Assembly (NCBI GenBank): GCA_965200245.1
Contig: CBDATS010000008.1
Location: 224,001 to 288,000 of the forward strand
Length of the DNA: 64,000 nucleotides
Direction: 5' to 3'
Source of the DNA: a bacterium
GTDB lineage: Bacteria > UBA8248
Of the stretch, positions 10,184 through 20,896 are shown piece after piece. The stretch's first letter is position 1. Every line of letters begins with the position of its first letter. The position numbers and the translations under genes are program-made. The notes below the pieces were generated by a model. That model worked only from the letters and a program-made list of their open reading frames with translations. It was not told the DNA's origin and searched no databases.

Positions 10184-11662
10184 TCACAGTGGCGGTAGCG
10201 CTTCGTGGTGTGTTGTCGCGTTTTCGAACGCCGCCGCCGCTTGAAGGATGGTTTGTTCCGCAAAAGGTTTTCCCGTCAATTGAAGCCCTATCGGCAATCC
10301 TCCTGAGGTAAATCCACAGGGCACGCTGATACCGGGAAGACCGGCCAGATTACAGGGAATGGTCAGGATGTCGGAGAGGTACATGCTAATGGGGTCGTCG
10401 AGGCGTTCACCGATCTCGAACGCGGGAGTTGGCGTCGTGGCCGACAGCACGGCATCCACTTCGTCGAATACGGCCTTGAAATCCCGGCAAACCAGCGTGC
10501 GGACTTTTTGCGCTTTCGTGTAGAAGGCGTCGTAATACCCCGAAGAGAGCGCATAGGTGCCCAGCATGATGCGGCGTTTCACCTCATCGCCGAAGCCGTT
10601 TTCCCGACTCGTCGCGTACATGCCAAACAGGGAGCCGTATGCGGATTCCCCTTGCTTTCGTACTCCGAAGCGCACCCCATCGTAACGCGCGAGGTTGCTG
10701 CTCGCCTCCGCGGGAGCGAGGATGTAATAGACTGGCAGGGCGTATTCAGTGTGGGGGAGGGAGATATCGAGAATTTCCGCTCCTTGCTCCTCGAATACGA
10801 TGATTGCCTCTCGAACCGCTGTCTCGACCTCGGGGTCCATCCCCTCGATGAAGTATTCTTTGGGTATGCCGATCCTGAATCCCCGAACCCCGGCGTCGAT
10901 GCCTTTCGTGTAGTCGAACACGGGTGCATCGGCTGAAGTTGAATCTCGATAGTCGTGGCCGCTCACGGCACTCAGTAAAACGGCGGCGTCCCGGACGTTT
11001 TTCGCGAACGGACCGATTTGGTCCAGAGAACTGGCGAAGGCGATGAGTCCGTAGCGCGAAATGCGTCCGTAGGTGGGTTTCATACCCACCACGCCGCAGC
11101 ACGCGGCCGGCTGGCGTATGGAACCCCCGGTATCCGAACCCAGGGAAACGACGCAGGATCGCGCCGCGACTGCGGCAGCGGACCCACCGCTGCTGCCTCC
11201 AGGAATGGTGTTCAGATTCCATGGGTTGCGTGTCGGCCCGAATGCGCTTTGCTCGCAGGATGAGCCCATGGCGAATTCATCCATGTTCAATTTGCCGAGG
11301 ATGACCGCGCCCGCCTCTTTGAGCCGGCCCACGACAGTGGCGTCATACGGTGCTTCGAAATTTTCCAGAAACCGGGAAGCGCATGTGGTCTTCGTACCTT
11401 TCATGCAAAGGAGGTCCTTAATGGCCACGGGAACTCCCAGAAGGGGAGAACTGTGGTCACCAGCGCCGATTATTGCATCGGCGGCGCGGGCGGCGGCGAT
11501 AGCATCTTCTTCGAGAACGCTCAAGTAGACGTGCACTCTCTCTTCCGTCTCGTCGATGCGTTCGAGATAGATTCTGGTCAACTCTTCCGCGCTGAATTCC
11601 CTGGCTCTCAGGCTCTTCGCGATTTCCGTGATGCCGAGATGAAGTAGTTCGTTCATTTCCAC
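10184..11662 (-). CDS. gatA: Asp/Glu-tRNA amidotransferase subunit A
   Basis: Amidase signature [50 protein letters not shown]. Confidence 0.97.
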   Translation of the reverse strand: MEMNELLHLGITEIAKSLRAREFSAEELTRIYLERIDETEERVHVYLSVLEEDAIAAARAADAIIGAGDHSSPLLGVPVAIKDLLCMKGTKTTCASRFLENFEAPYDATVVGRLKEAGAVILGKLNMDEFAMGSSCEQSAFGPTRNPWNLNTIPGGSSGGSAAAVAARSCVVSLGSDTGGSIRQPAACCGVVGMKPTYGRISRYGLIAFASSLDQIGPFAKNVRDAAVLLSAVSGHDYRDSTSADAPVFDYTKGIDAGVRGFRIGIPKEYFIEGMDPEVETAVREAIIVFEEQGAEILDISLPHTEYALPVYYILAPAEASSNLARYDGVRFGVRKQGESAYGSLFGMYATSRENGFGDEVKRRIMLGTYALSSGYYDAFYTKAQKVRTLVCRDFKAVFDEVDAVLSATTPTPAFEIGERLDDPISMYLSDILTIPCNLAGLPGISVPCGFTSGGLPIGLQLTGKPFAEQTILQAAAAFENATTHHEALPPL

Positions 11663-11776
11663 CCCTTGTCGATTTGTTCGTCAATACGCCTCGAATCGAG
11701 AGAAAACGCCAGAAACGGCCCGCTCGTCAAACTCTAGCTGCCGGAACTTTTCGCGGGCCCAACCGTTCGGTTTCCC

Positions 11777-12529
11777 TCATGGCCGGCGCAGCAAAAAAGT
11801 GGCGTAGCCGAGAAGCTGCTTCCCGCCGCCGTCGTGGTAGATTTCGAGGTCTTGCTGCCATCTGTCCAGCACGTCCTGGGCTTCGCGTGAATCCGCATAC
11901 TCAAGCCGGTTTTCGATAATGGAGCGCGCTTGGGGAGCCAGGAAAGATTCCCAGGCGTTTTCCGATTCATGTTCCACGAATTCCACGTTATATCCCTGCT
12001 CGGTAAGTTGACCGTAGAACTCTTCCACGTCAATCGGCTCGCAGGGAAGGTAGGCGTCGAGCCATCTTGCCAATCGCTTGGAGTCGATGTCTTCATCTTC
12101 TGGTTTCCAGACCAGGCCCGAGAAGGTGATCCATCCCCCGGGTTTCACGATGCGGCCCAGGCTTTCCAGTTTGTCCTCGGCGTTCGAGGGGTGGGCGGGA
12201 CCACATAATAGCGCCAAGTCGAAGTAATCATCGTCGAAGGGGAAATCATCGCTCGAATGGATCAGCAAATCGACGAGATGGGACAGATCTTCGAAGAGGA
12301 TGCGCCGCCTTCCGTCTTCCACGAACTCGGGCCGAACATCCATTCCAATCGCCGCACAGCCGAACATCTGCGCGAGTGCAATGATGCTACCCGCCTTGCC
12401 GCACGATGCGTCGAACACCAGAATATCCGCCGACAAGCCGATGTGTTCGCCAATCTTTTTCAGTGTATCTACCGATATGGGGACGAGGAATTGATTGTGT
12501 TTGAATCGCTCGAATCGGTCGGGTTGCAT
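11777..12529 (-). CDS. Class I SAM-dependent methyltransferase
   Basis: VFDASCGKAG motif I variant, FPFDDDYFD, RIVKPGG. Confidence 0.8.
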   Translation of the reverse strand: MQPDRFERFKHNQFLVPISVDTLKKIGEHIGLSADILVFDASCGKAGSIIALAQMFGCAAIGMDVRPEFVEDGRRRILFEDLSHLVDLLIHSSDDFPFDDDYFDLALLCGPAHPSNAEDKLESLGRIVKPGGWITFSGLVWKPEDEDIDSKRLARWLDAYLPCEPIDVEEFYGQLTEQGYNVEFVEHESENAWESFLAPQARSIIENRLEYADSREAQDVLDRWQQDLEIYHDGGGKQLLGYATFLLRRP

Positions 12530-12550
12530 GAAACGGGTTATGGATCAGTC

Positions 12551-12658
12551 TTAAAAAATCGAGAGACCGATTAAATCGAGCATCAGAATAATCGTGCTCA
12601 GCCCCAGTATTCCACCGATGATGAGGGCTACCAAACCGAAAAGTTTTCCGTACACCAT
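12551..12658 (-). CDS. 35-aa hydrophobic small membrane protein
   Basis: MVYGKLFGLVALIIGGILGLSTIILMLDLIGLSIF; GGGAGA RBS; fills an operon gap on the same strand. Confidence 0.6.
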   Translation of the reverse strand: MVYGKLFGLVALIIGGILGLSTIILMLDLIGLSIF

Positions 12659-12689
12659 GATTGCTTTCTCCCGACGATATGTGCACCGG

Positions 12690-13607
12690 CTATTTCTTTT
12701 TTCCTTTTCTCGTTGCTGCGGCAGGCTGAGATTTGCTGATCTGCATGAATACCTTGCCGTCCTTGAGCACCGTAACGCTGCCCGTGGACTCGCTGATGGC
12801 GAACGACAAGGCGCTGCTCACTTCCGTTATACCCGCTCCGGCCATGTGACGCGAACCCAATCCGGGGGGCAGGTCGTTTTCCGCCGCCGCGTTCAGGTGT
12901 CTGCCAGCGGCTTCGACTATACCATCTCCGCGAATGATGAACGCACCGTCGATGGCACTGAATTCCTTGATGGTCTCGCGCAGGGCCGGGTCCATGATGT
13001 TTCTTTGCTCTTCCGGGTAGCCATGGAAGGGGTTGATGACGAGTTGGCGCGAATATTGAAGCACGAGATCATGGTCTCCGAGAACGAAGAGTGCGCCGCG
13101 GGGCTTTCCTTCCCGCCCTTCGGCGCCGAGTTCAAGAGCGAGTGATAGAACCGTTTCGAACACCTTCGGGTCGACGCCCTCGACAGCGCTTTGCGTTTCC
13201 GACGTTTGGAGCATTTCCTTTTCACGGTCTAAATGAAAGACCATAAGGGTGTCAATTTCTTCGTTCTCGGGCAAGCCAGAGAGGCAGACCACGGTGTCGT
13301 TCTGCGTGATGGAACCTTCACTCAAGGCGATGACGACCCCCATTTTGATGATATCGATCCGGTTCAGGGACAAGGCGGGCAATTGCATGACCTTGCAACC
13401 CCGTTTTTCCAGTTCTTTGTAAAGGTTGGGAGAACAGGTAGTGGTGAAATGCTCCAAGCCGGCGGGGAGGTCCATCAAGGCGTCCAGATCCTTCATCGCG
13501 TCCGCGTGAATGAATATGGCCTTGGCCTCCAGTGCATCGCAGATATGAGATGCTGCGGCGATGATGCTCTCGCTGAGGCCTGTTTGTTTTTCCGCCGTTC
13601 CGGTCAC
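12690..13607 (-). CDS. Diadenylate cyclase, DacZ/CdaZ type (N-terminal pyruvate-kinase-C-like domain + DAC domain)
   Basis: EGREGKPRGALFVLGD, KEFSAIDGA, GLGSRH, ISESTG DAC motifs. Confidence 0.88.
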   Translation of the reverse strand: MTGTAEKQTGLSESIIAAASHICDALEAKAIFIHADAMKDLDALMDLPAGLEHFTTTCSPNLYKELEKRGCKVMQLPALSLNRIDIIKMGVVIALSEGSITQNDTVVCLSGLPENEEIDTLMVFHLDREKEMLQTSETQSAVEGVDPKVFETVLSLALELGAEGREGKPRGALFVLGDHDLVLQYSRQLVINPFHGYPEEQRNIMDPALRETIKEFSAIDGAFIIRGDGIVEAAGRHLNAAAENDLPPGLGSRHMAGAGITEVSSALSFAISESTGSVTVLKDGKVFMQISKSQPAAATRKGKKK

Positions 13608-13609
13608 CT

Positions 13610-15076
13610 TTACCCCTTTCCTTCCAGCACCACGTAGAAAGTTGAACCCTGCCGCTCGACTACCAGCAGGTTCCCCTTGTTTTCTCTTTTTTTCAGCGCT
13701 TCTCGCAACTGCTCCGTGTCGCCGACCTCCTTGCGGTTGGCTTCCACGATGACGTCGCCCCGGCGAAGGCCGGCGGCCGCCGCAGGACTGTCTGGCAATA
13801 TGTTGGTGATGACGACGCCTTTTTCCACTTTCGCCCCGATTTGCTTTCTGAGTTCAGGGGTCAGGTTTTGTCCCTCGATGCCCAGATGTTTTTTGAGTGC
13901 GGGTTTTGCTTTAGCGATTTTTGTGGAACTGGGCAACTGGGCAACTGTCAGCTTGAACACGCGCTTGTCGCCGTCGCGTATAATGCCGACTTCGGCGGTG
14001 GAGCCCGGCTTCAGGTCGGCCGCTGCGTTGGAGAGTTGACGGGGGTTTTCGATTTTTTTCTCGTTGATGCTTATGATCAGGTCGCCTCTTTTAATGCCGG
14101 CTTTTTCCGCAGGCGCGTTCTCGACCACGTTGGTGACAAGGGCGCCCTGGGTTTCCTTGAGACCCAATTGTTTTGCCAGGCTCTCATTGACGGGTTGAAT
14201 GGACACGCCCAGAAAACCGCGGGTCACCACTCCCGTGCGAAGTTGGGGAAGCAGCTTTTTCGCCATGTTGATTGGTATTGCGAAACCGATGCCGATATTG
14301 CCACCGCCTCTGCTGAAAATGGCGGTGTTGATTCCCACAACATTTCCGTTCAAATCGAAGAGCGGCCCGCCGCTGTTTCCCGGATTGATGGAGGCGTCGG
14401 TCTGGATGAAATTGTCGAATCGGCTTGAGCCAATGACGCGCGCCTTGGCGCTCACGATTCCCGCCGTCACCGTGTGGGACAATCCGAACGGATTGCCGAT
14501 GGCCATCACCCAGTCGCCCACGCGAAGTTTTTCGCTGTCGCCGAGTTTCACCATGGTGAACGTATCTCCGGGTTTCGTTTCCACTTCCAGCAGCGCGATG
14601 TCGGTTTGGGGGTCCCGGCCAACGACCTTCGCTTTTCGTGTTTTTTGATCCTTGAAGCGGACCGTAATTTTCGATGCGTTTTCGATTACGTGATTATTCG
14701 TGATGATCAACCCCTTCTCGCTCACGATGAACCCCGAGCCCAGGTTTTGCCGTTTGGGTCGTGGCTGTGAACGGCCACGAGGATCGGGGCCGAAGGGCCC
14801 TTCAAAGAAATACCGGAAGAATTCGTTCCATCTGTCATCGGGAAATCTGGGGAACCCGCCCCGTGAACTCGCTCTAGCCTCGCTTTCCGTACTGATGTTC
14901 ACTACCGAGGGGCTTAGTTTTTCAGCCAGCCCGGCAAGGGAAGGCAGCTTTCCCGCGCTGACTGTGGACTGGGCACTTGAGGGTGCGAAAAACAGGGTCA
15001 GGCACAGGAATACAGTAATGAGGGCCGAGGTTGAACTCAGAGATTTGAGTTTTGGAAAGTGGGGAGAATTCCGCAT
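13610..15076 (-). CDS. degP: DegP/HtrA (Do-type) serine endoprotease with two PDZ domains
   Basis: GSGFIV, TNNHVI, QTDASINPGNSGGPL; true start near 15076, the ORF-track N-terminal extension is spurious. Confidence 0.93.
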   Translation of the reverse strand: MRNSPHFPKLKSLSSTSALITVFLCLTLFFAPSSAQSTVSAGKLPSLAGLAEKLSPSVVNISTESEARASSRGGFPRFPDDRWNEFFRYFFEGPFGPDPRGRSQPRPKRQNLGSGFIVSEKGLIITNNHVIENASKITVRFKDQKTRKAKVVGRDPQTDIALLEVETKPGDTFTMVKLGDSEKLRVGDWVMAIGNPFGLSHTVTAGIVSAKARVIGSSRFDNFIQTDASINPGNSGGPLFDLNGNVVGINTAIFSRGGGNIGIGFAIPINMAKKLLPQLRTGVVTRGFLGVSIQPVNESLAKQLGLKETQGALVTNVVENAPAEKAGIKRGDLIISINEKKIENPRQLSNAAADLKPGSTAEVGIIRDGDKRVFKLTVAQLPSSTKIAKAKPALKKHLGIEGQNLTPELRKQIGAKVEKGVVITNILPDSPAAAAGLRRGDVIVEANRKEVGDTEQLREALKKRENKGNLLVVERQGSTFYVVLEGKG

Positions 15077-15343
15077 TTTTTTCCCTTCTATAAGAATCAG
15101 ACATGTTGGCGGCAAAGAACACCACAACACCGTTTTAGATATACCAAAGTTCCATCGATGTGAAAAATCGACAAATACCTGAGAACAAGATAGATTATCG
15201 CTTTGGTTTCGCTTCGCGCGATTGGTGAGGTGAAGTTCACGGCTGTACGCATCGACGCGAGGCGGGAGGAGGGATATTCTCTCCCTCGTCCGTTCGAGAA
15301 CCGCTCCAGCGTCACCCGGGAGAGTTTTTTCAGTGATGCGCGC

Positions 15344-16219
15344 ATGAGCCCAGAATCCCAAACCATTCTGCTCGCCATTTCGGCGGCTTTCGTCAGCGCA
15401 GCGACGAACATCACCTTCACGCCCGCTCTGCGTCAGATGGGTTCGTTCGCCCTCGCCCAGTTCAACAACCTGGGTAATACCATCATGCTGGGGGCCATCG
15501 GTTTCTGGTTCTATGCGCCGGGGAGTTTTCGCTGGGAGGCGTTTGCCTGGTTCGGCGTTTTGGGCGTGATGAACTACAGCATCAACCGCTGGGTCTTCTA
15601 CACGGGCATGAACATCGTCGGACCCTCGCGCCATATCACCATCAGGAGCATGGTTCCGCTTCCCAGCCTGATTCTGGCCGTCATCTTCCTGGGAGAAGAA
15701 CCCAGCCGGTGGGTTACGCTCGGCACGGTTCTCGTCGTCTTTGGAATTGCCGCCGTGAGTTATGAACCCTCGGGCGGAAGATGGTTCCGCGTTGGGATAG
15801 GCTGGTCGCTCATGAGCATGTTCATGCTGGTCGCAAGTGCTTTCATGCGCAAGCAGGGAATGTCGTATATGGCGGCACCGGCACTGCTCACGGCATGGTC
15901 GGCCCTGGTCGCGATTCCGACTTCCGAGGCCTTCCGGCATTTTCTACCGAAGCGGTATTTCGAGTGGGGCTCGAAGCGCTACATTCCGTTGCTCGTTTTC
16001 GGAACAACAATCAACGGGCTGATGCAGATACTCATCAACCTCTCGCTCAAGGGAAAACTCTCGCTTGCGGTTCCCATCCTGAGCAGCACGCCGATTTTCG
16101 CCTTGTGTCTTTCCGCGTTGTTCCTGCGCGACATCGAACGCTTGAACGCGCGCGTGGTGTTCGGCATTTTTATCGCCGTTCTGGGCATCGTGGCCGTGAG
16201 CATCGGTAGGCACGGCTAA
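15344..16219 (+). CDS. DMT/EamA family transporter
   Basis: About 10 TM helices, LAVIFLGEEP, duplicated EamA halves. Confidence 0.85.
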   Translation: MSPESQTILLAISAAFVSAATNITFTPALRQMGSFALAQFNNLGNTIMLGAIGFWFYAPGSFRWEAFAWFGVLGVMNYSINRWVFYTGMNIVGPSRHITIRSMVPLPSLILAVIFLGEEPSRWVTLGTVLVVFGIAAVSYEPSGGRWFRVGIGWSLMSMFMLVASAFMRKQGMSYMAAPALLTAWSALVAIPTSEAFRHFLPKRYFEWGSKRYIPLLVFGTTINGLMQILINLSLKGKLSLAVPILSSTPIFALCLSALFLRDIERLNARVVFGIFIAVLGIVAVSIGRHG

Positions 16220-16226
16220 GCTGGCC

Positions 16227-17096
16227 ATGGACAACACGATGGGAGTCGTCTGGGCGCTGGCCGCCGCTGTCATGGCGGCGTTCACGGGGGTTCTCGCCGC
16301 GCGGCCCCTGCGGAACATGGGTCTGATGTCCGCCACCCTGCTCACAAACGTCTTCAACATGCTCGTTCTGGCCCTTTTCGGCTGGTGGGAATATAAGGCA
16401 GAAGATGTCACGCTCGAAGGCATGCTCTGGTTTGCCCTGCTGGGCGTCACCGCCTACAGCTACGGGCGTCTGGTCTATTACAAGGCGATAGACTCCATCG
16501 GTCCGCCCAGGCTGATGACGCTCATGAGCACTTCCCCTTTGCTGAGCTTGCTGTTGGCTGTTCTGTTCCTGGGCGAAGAGCCCGGCATGGCCATTCTGGC
16601 GGGCACGGGCCTCGTGGTGGCGGGTGTCATTCTGGTGAGCTACGAACCCGCCAGGGGGCGCTGGTTCCAGCCTGGGATTCTCTGGGGTTTCGCCAGTGCC
16701 ATCTCGCTGGGCGTGAGCGTGTTCATCAGAAAGAAAGGCCTCGACGCCATGCCAAGTATCGCGCTTACAGTGGCGTGGTCGAACATGGTGAGCATCCCCA
16801 TCATCTATGGGCTCAGGTTTTTCACACCTCCCGCACTGTTCGACTGGGGGCCACGCTGGGCGGTTGCAATGATCATACTGGTTGGCGTGCTGAACTCAGG
16901 CAACCAGCTTCTCTACAATCTCGCTATCATCAACGCAGAGGTCAGCGTGGTCGGCCCCATCATCGCTTCGATGCCGATATTCTCCGTTTTTTTCACGGTC
17001 CTGATGCTACGTGACATGACGCGTGTGCGGCCCAGGCTCGTGGTGGGCGTATGCGTGACGGTGACAGGCATGACTGCTGTCGCCCTGGGCCGCTGA
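16227..17096 (+). CDS. DMT/EamA family transporter (tandem paralog)
   Basis: LAVLFLGEEP and SYEPxxGRWF shared with the upstream paralog. Confidence 0.85.
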   Translation: MDNTMGVVWALAAAVMAAFTGVLAARPLRNMGLMSATLLTNVFNMLVLALFGWWEYKAEDVTLEGMLWFALLGVTAYSYGRLVYYKAIDSIGPPRLMTLMSTSPLLSLLLAVLFLGEEPGMAILAGTGLVVAGVILVSYEPARGRWFQPGILWGFASAISLGVSVFIRKKGLDAMPSIALTVAWSNMVSIPIIYGLRFFTPPALFDWGPRWAVAMIILVGVLNSGNQLLYNLAIINAEVSVVGPIIASMPIFSVFFTVLMLRDMTRVRPRLVVGVCVTVTGMTAVALGR

Positions 17097-17228
17097 TGAA
17101 CCGGTTTTACACGCGAGAAGCTCCGCCGCCCCGCATTGACACCATTCTACTCGCGTGAAAGGATCGGGGAATACATCGTTAACCCAGCGGGCGTTTGCCG
17201 CCTCCCGCCTTTATACAAGGAGAGACAT

Positions 17229-17822
17229 TTGGCTCGGTGTATAAGTCTTTGTGTTATGGCGTGTCTGGCGGTTTTTCCGGCTCTCGCTTCTTTCTCGCAT
17301 CAGGCGCAAGCCGCGGGAGAAGATGTCGTTTTCATCAAGGCGTTTTATCCCCTCGATGAGCCGAGGTTTCACTGTGTCGACATTCCCGGACACCGGGACC
17401 GCGTGAGAACCGACGCCGCCCTCCTCGTCCACACCTGCAAGGAGGGTATCTGGAATCTGGACGAGCGCTTCGACCCCGCTGCCGTCAGGAAGGGCAGTCT
17501 CCGGATGCCCGAATACAATCTGTGCGTCGCCGCCGTTTCCGCTGCAGAAGGTGCCAAACTCATGCTTAGAAAATGCGACGGTTCAGCCCTTCAGAACTGG
17601 CACTTTTCGAACTACCGCATAACCCTCAAGGCGCACCCTAATGTGTGTCTCACCATTGGCCCTGAGCCCTCGCGCCTTACGCGGGGCGGACGCAGGCTGC
17701 CGAGCCGTCACATGGCGCGCTCGCTGGCTCTCGAGGCGTGTTCAGAAGAAGCGCTCGAAAGACAGCTCTGGCGGATGGAGAAACCCATGGAACGCACCGG
17801 CTCCATTATGCCGTTCAAGTGA
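17229..17822 (+). CDS. Secreted ricin-B (beta-trefoil) lectin-like protein
   Basis: AAGGAG RBS before TTG, signal peptide, repeated C-x-D/LC..C..QxW units (CDGSALQNW, CSEEALERQLW). Confidence 0.7.
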   Translation: MARCISLCVMACLAVFPALASFSHQAQAAGEDVVFIKAFYPLDEPRFHCVDIPGHRDRVRTDAALLVHTCKEGIWNLDERFDPAAVRKGSLRMPEYNLCVAAVSAAEGAKLMLRKCDGSALQNWHFSNYRITLKAHPNVCLTIGPEPSRLTRGGRRLPSRHMARSLALEACSEEALERQLWRMEKPMERTGSIMPFK

Positions 17823-17919
17823 GACGCTTCCGATTTAGCGAAAAATTTCTCTTAGCTACTAGTTCTGTTTGGTATGTCTTGACTGTGCCCTTGGCGCAGG
17901 GACCTGCTCGTGGCGGATA

Positions 17920-18802
17920 ATGCGTCCTCGTCGTACGAGGCGTGGCTTGCGCGCTTTGGGCGCGGGTCTCACACCCACACAGAAAGCAGGTCTTCGCTAC
18001 GGCAGGAGCGACGCCGAGACGGGAGGCAGTGTAGAAGTAGGCGGTGGGCTACGCCATTTTCTGGCTTAGGCGGCTAGCGATCATGAGGAATGAACGCAAA
18101 TGGCTTGATGTGCCTCGCGCTGGGAGAGGGGGGGGACGTGGTTTGTCCATGCGGTTGGGTTCTTCCCTGGGGATCTCGTTGGACAGGGTGGAGAGTCTCT
18201 GGAATGAGCGCAATGCGGCGGGCCTGTTCAAAAGCGGGGCATTCGATCCTGACGCGCGTTTCGACGCGAAGCTTGGCTACGGTCTGGACGGGATAAGTAG
18301 CCTTCTCACTCCCTACGGCGGCATGGACGATCAATTCCGTTCCTCGAAAGCGCATCACATGGATATTGTTAGGGTAGTGGATTTTCTGGTGAGCGAGGGC
18401 GTGCGCGAGGTGTTTCTCATCGGCACGAGCAGGGGAACGGTGTCCGTTGGCTATCTGGCTTCGGTAATGAAACATGCAAATGTCAAGGGCTACGTCCTCA
18501 CGGCCAGCATGGCGGACATCGTCTTTTATGCGGAGAAGATCGAAAACCCCGCCTTGATGGTACATCACACAGACGATGAGTGTAGAGTTACAGGCTATAC
18601 CGATGCGGTGGCTTCATACCGCACCATCACGAGAAGTCACCGAAAAAGTTTTGTCACCGTGAGCGGAGGAGACACGCCGCAGGTCAGCAACCCGTGCCGT
18701 GCGCTGACCGCGCACGGGTTCTTGGGCGTGGAGCGCGAGACGGTAGCCGCCATCGTCGACTGGATGAACGGGAAAGCGCCACCTAGGCACGTGAATCGGT
18801 AG
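17920..18802 (+). pseudogene. Chimeric remnant: autotransporter beta-barrel fragments joined to the C-terminal part of an alpha/beta hydrolase
   Basis: GLRYGRSDAETGGSVEVGGGLR and RFDAKLGYGL..LLTPYGG (autotransporter-like), then from about 18323 FLIGTSRG..HHTDDEC..HGFLG (hydrolase). Confidence 0.6.
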
Positions 18803-18817
18803 CTTCTAGCGTCCGCA

Positions 18818-19642
18818 CTACTTCTTCCTTGCGGAGATGAGCCTCGCCTGCATGGGTACCGCGATGATTCCATCATTATCGTATTCGCGCAGCATCGAGG
18901 CGAGGGCTTCACGTATCTTTTCCCTGGCTTCCAGGGTTTGCGAGGCGAGGCGAGAGGCCGTACGAACGGTGGACTTCTCGAACACCTCGATAATGCGAGC
19001 AGGTTCTTCCGCTCTCATGTAGAGGGTAAATCCTGAAATCTCGGGTGTGGTGAAGCCCGCCGCTTCCATCACATACGTGCATTTGTCATCGTCTTCTAGG
19101 AAGGGCTTGGGCGGGCCAGCCACCAGGGGGACGTCCGTGTCCCCGTATTCTGTAATGGCCCGCATCATGAGCGAGCGGTGGCCCGCGTCGTGCGTCCAGG
19201 CAGTGAAGGCGAGTTTTCCTTCCGGTTTCAACACCCTTGTGGCCTCGGCCAGCGCTACTTCCGGATACGGGAAGTGGAGAAAACCGAAGTTGCTTGCCAC
19301 GGCGTCGAAGCGTCCGTCTTCAAAGGGCAGATCCTCCGCGTCGCAGTGCCGGAACTCGGCCCCCGGCCAGCGTCGCGACGCCTCGGCAATCATGTCCGGT
19401 GCGAAATCAGCCCCCACCACCGTACAGCCGCGCATGAGTGCGCCCGCCGAGACGACACCTGTTCCGCAGGCGAGATCAAGCAGGTGCGTTCCGAAGCGCG
19501 CGTCCGCAGCATCCAGCAACGTCGGGACCGCCTGCGCGGTGACAACGCCGAACAGATCGTTGTATTCACCCGCCGCACCGTTCCAGCCCGTGCGCTCGAA
19601 CTCGCGGAAAGCTTCGGGGTCGTACCCGGGTGTCTCACTCAT
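18818..19642 (-). CDS. Class I SAM-dependent methyltransferase
   Basis: LLDLACGTG, DAEDLPFEDGRFD, RVLKPEG. Confidence 0.9.
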   Translation of the reverse strand: MSETPGYDPEAFREFERTGWNGAAGEYNDLFGVVTAQAVPTLLDAADARFGTHLLDLACGTGVVSAGALMRGCTVVGADFAPDMIAEASRRWPGAEFRHCDAEDLPFEDGRFDAVASNFGFLHFPYPEVALAEATRVLKPEGKLAFTAWTHDAGHRSLMMRAITEYGDTDVPLVAGPPKPFLEDDDKCTYVMEAAGFTTPEISGFTLYMRAEEPARIIEVFEKSTVRTASRLASQTLEAREKIREALASMLREYDNDGIIAVPMQARLISARKK

Positions 19643-20043
19643 GCTCTCTCCTTGGTCTGGTTTCAGTTTGCCGAAACGCCGTGCGCGATGAGGTTTACGC
19701 CATACATCTCTTACTGACCTCCCCGCTATTCACTTCAGGGTCCCGCGTGCGTCCACCATTTCGAATTCCGGGTGTTCGAACACACTGCCCTCGGCATCCA
19801 CGACCACCATTAGTGGGGGCTGGTTTTTGCCTCCACAAAAGAGGAGTGTACCCGAGAGTCTTCGCTTTGTTCTGCACTCCTCGAACCAAGGTGATAACCT
19901 AGCAGAACTCGACCTCTCGTCGCCAGCTTGCAGACCTTGCCAGCAGCCTTTGGTTTCGCAATACTTGCAGTTTCTCCCCGTACATGGGATGGGGTTTCTT
20001 TTTGCAAAACGAATCGTGATCGCACAAAACGGAGGACGCCCAC

Positions 20044-20874
20044 GTGAGTCCCGAAGAACAACTTTCTAGAGTCGCTTTGGTGATATCGGAAACCCAGCGC
20101 CTCTCTGCTTTATGGCGAGCTTTTTCGGACGTACGCTGGGAAATGGATACGTTCTGCCCCGGCTGGCGGGCGCGCCATGCGGTCTCCCATCTGGTGACTG
20201 GAGGCGATTTCTACGCGAACTCTATTCGCCGGGCACTGGAAGGTCTGCCGCCCGAACCTCCCTATGGGAGCAACGTGAAGGAATTTTTCGCCATCCGCGC
20301 CGCCAAGGGCGAGGAACTCATGGCCCTGCCCAGGGACGAGATGATGGATGCTTTCGACGTCTCGGCCGCGAAAGTGAACGACGCGCTTTCGGGCATCACC
20401 GCCAGCGATCTCGGCAAGCTCGGTTTCCATCCCCGGGGCCTCACGCGGCTCGATGCCTGGATCGGGCTGCGCCTCGTCGAACTCGTGGCGCACGACTGGG
20501 ACGTCCGCTATGGTGAAGACGCGGAGGCCTGCGTTTCCGCTGAGGGCGTGGAGGGGATCATGACCTTCTTGCCGGAGAGCCAGAGCCGCCTTTTCGGCGT
20601 CCGTGAGAACCCGCCGTTCGATGGGCGTTTCCTCTTCCGCTCCAAAATGCCCGATCGCACCTGGACGCTCACTGTCGCCGGTGAGAAGGCGGAAGAATCC
20701 GCTCACACGTCCGGTACGCACGACGCCATAATCACGACGGACGGCGAGGCGCACTTCCTTTTGCTTTACGGGCGCGCAAAGCGCGATGCCATGGAAGCCG
20801 CAGGCCGCCTGACGATAGAAGGCGACGCGGAACTGGCGAGCCAACTTTTGTGCGTTTTGTATACGAATTATTGA
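20044..20874 (+). CDS. Maleylpyruvate isomerase-like (MDMPI/DinB superfamily) thiol-dependent enzyme with C-terminal SCP2-like domain
   Basis: TFCPGWRARHAVSHL, RLVELVAHDWDV, LLLLYGR..GRLTIEGD. Confidence 0.8.
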   Translation: MSPEEQLSRVALVISETQRLSALWRAFSDVRWEMDTFCPGWRARHAVSHLVTGGDFYANSIRRALEGLPPEPPYGSNVKEFFAIRAAKGEELMALPRDEMMDAFDVSAAKVNDALSGITASDLGKLGFHPRGLTRLDAWIGLRLVELVAHDWDVRYGEDAEACVSAEGVEGIMTFLPESQSRLFGVRENPPFDGRFLFRSKMPDRTWTLTVAGEKAEESAHTSGTHDAIITTDGEAHFLLLYGRAKRDAMEAAGRLTIEGDAELASQLLCVLYTNY

Positions 20875-20896
20875 TTCGAAGAGGAGAAAGACTCCA

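Noticed and set aside
15077-15940. Long N-terminal extension of the 776-aa degP ORF
   Set aside because: It is antisense to the EamA gene; the signal peptide and HtrA homology begin near 15076
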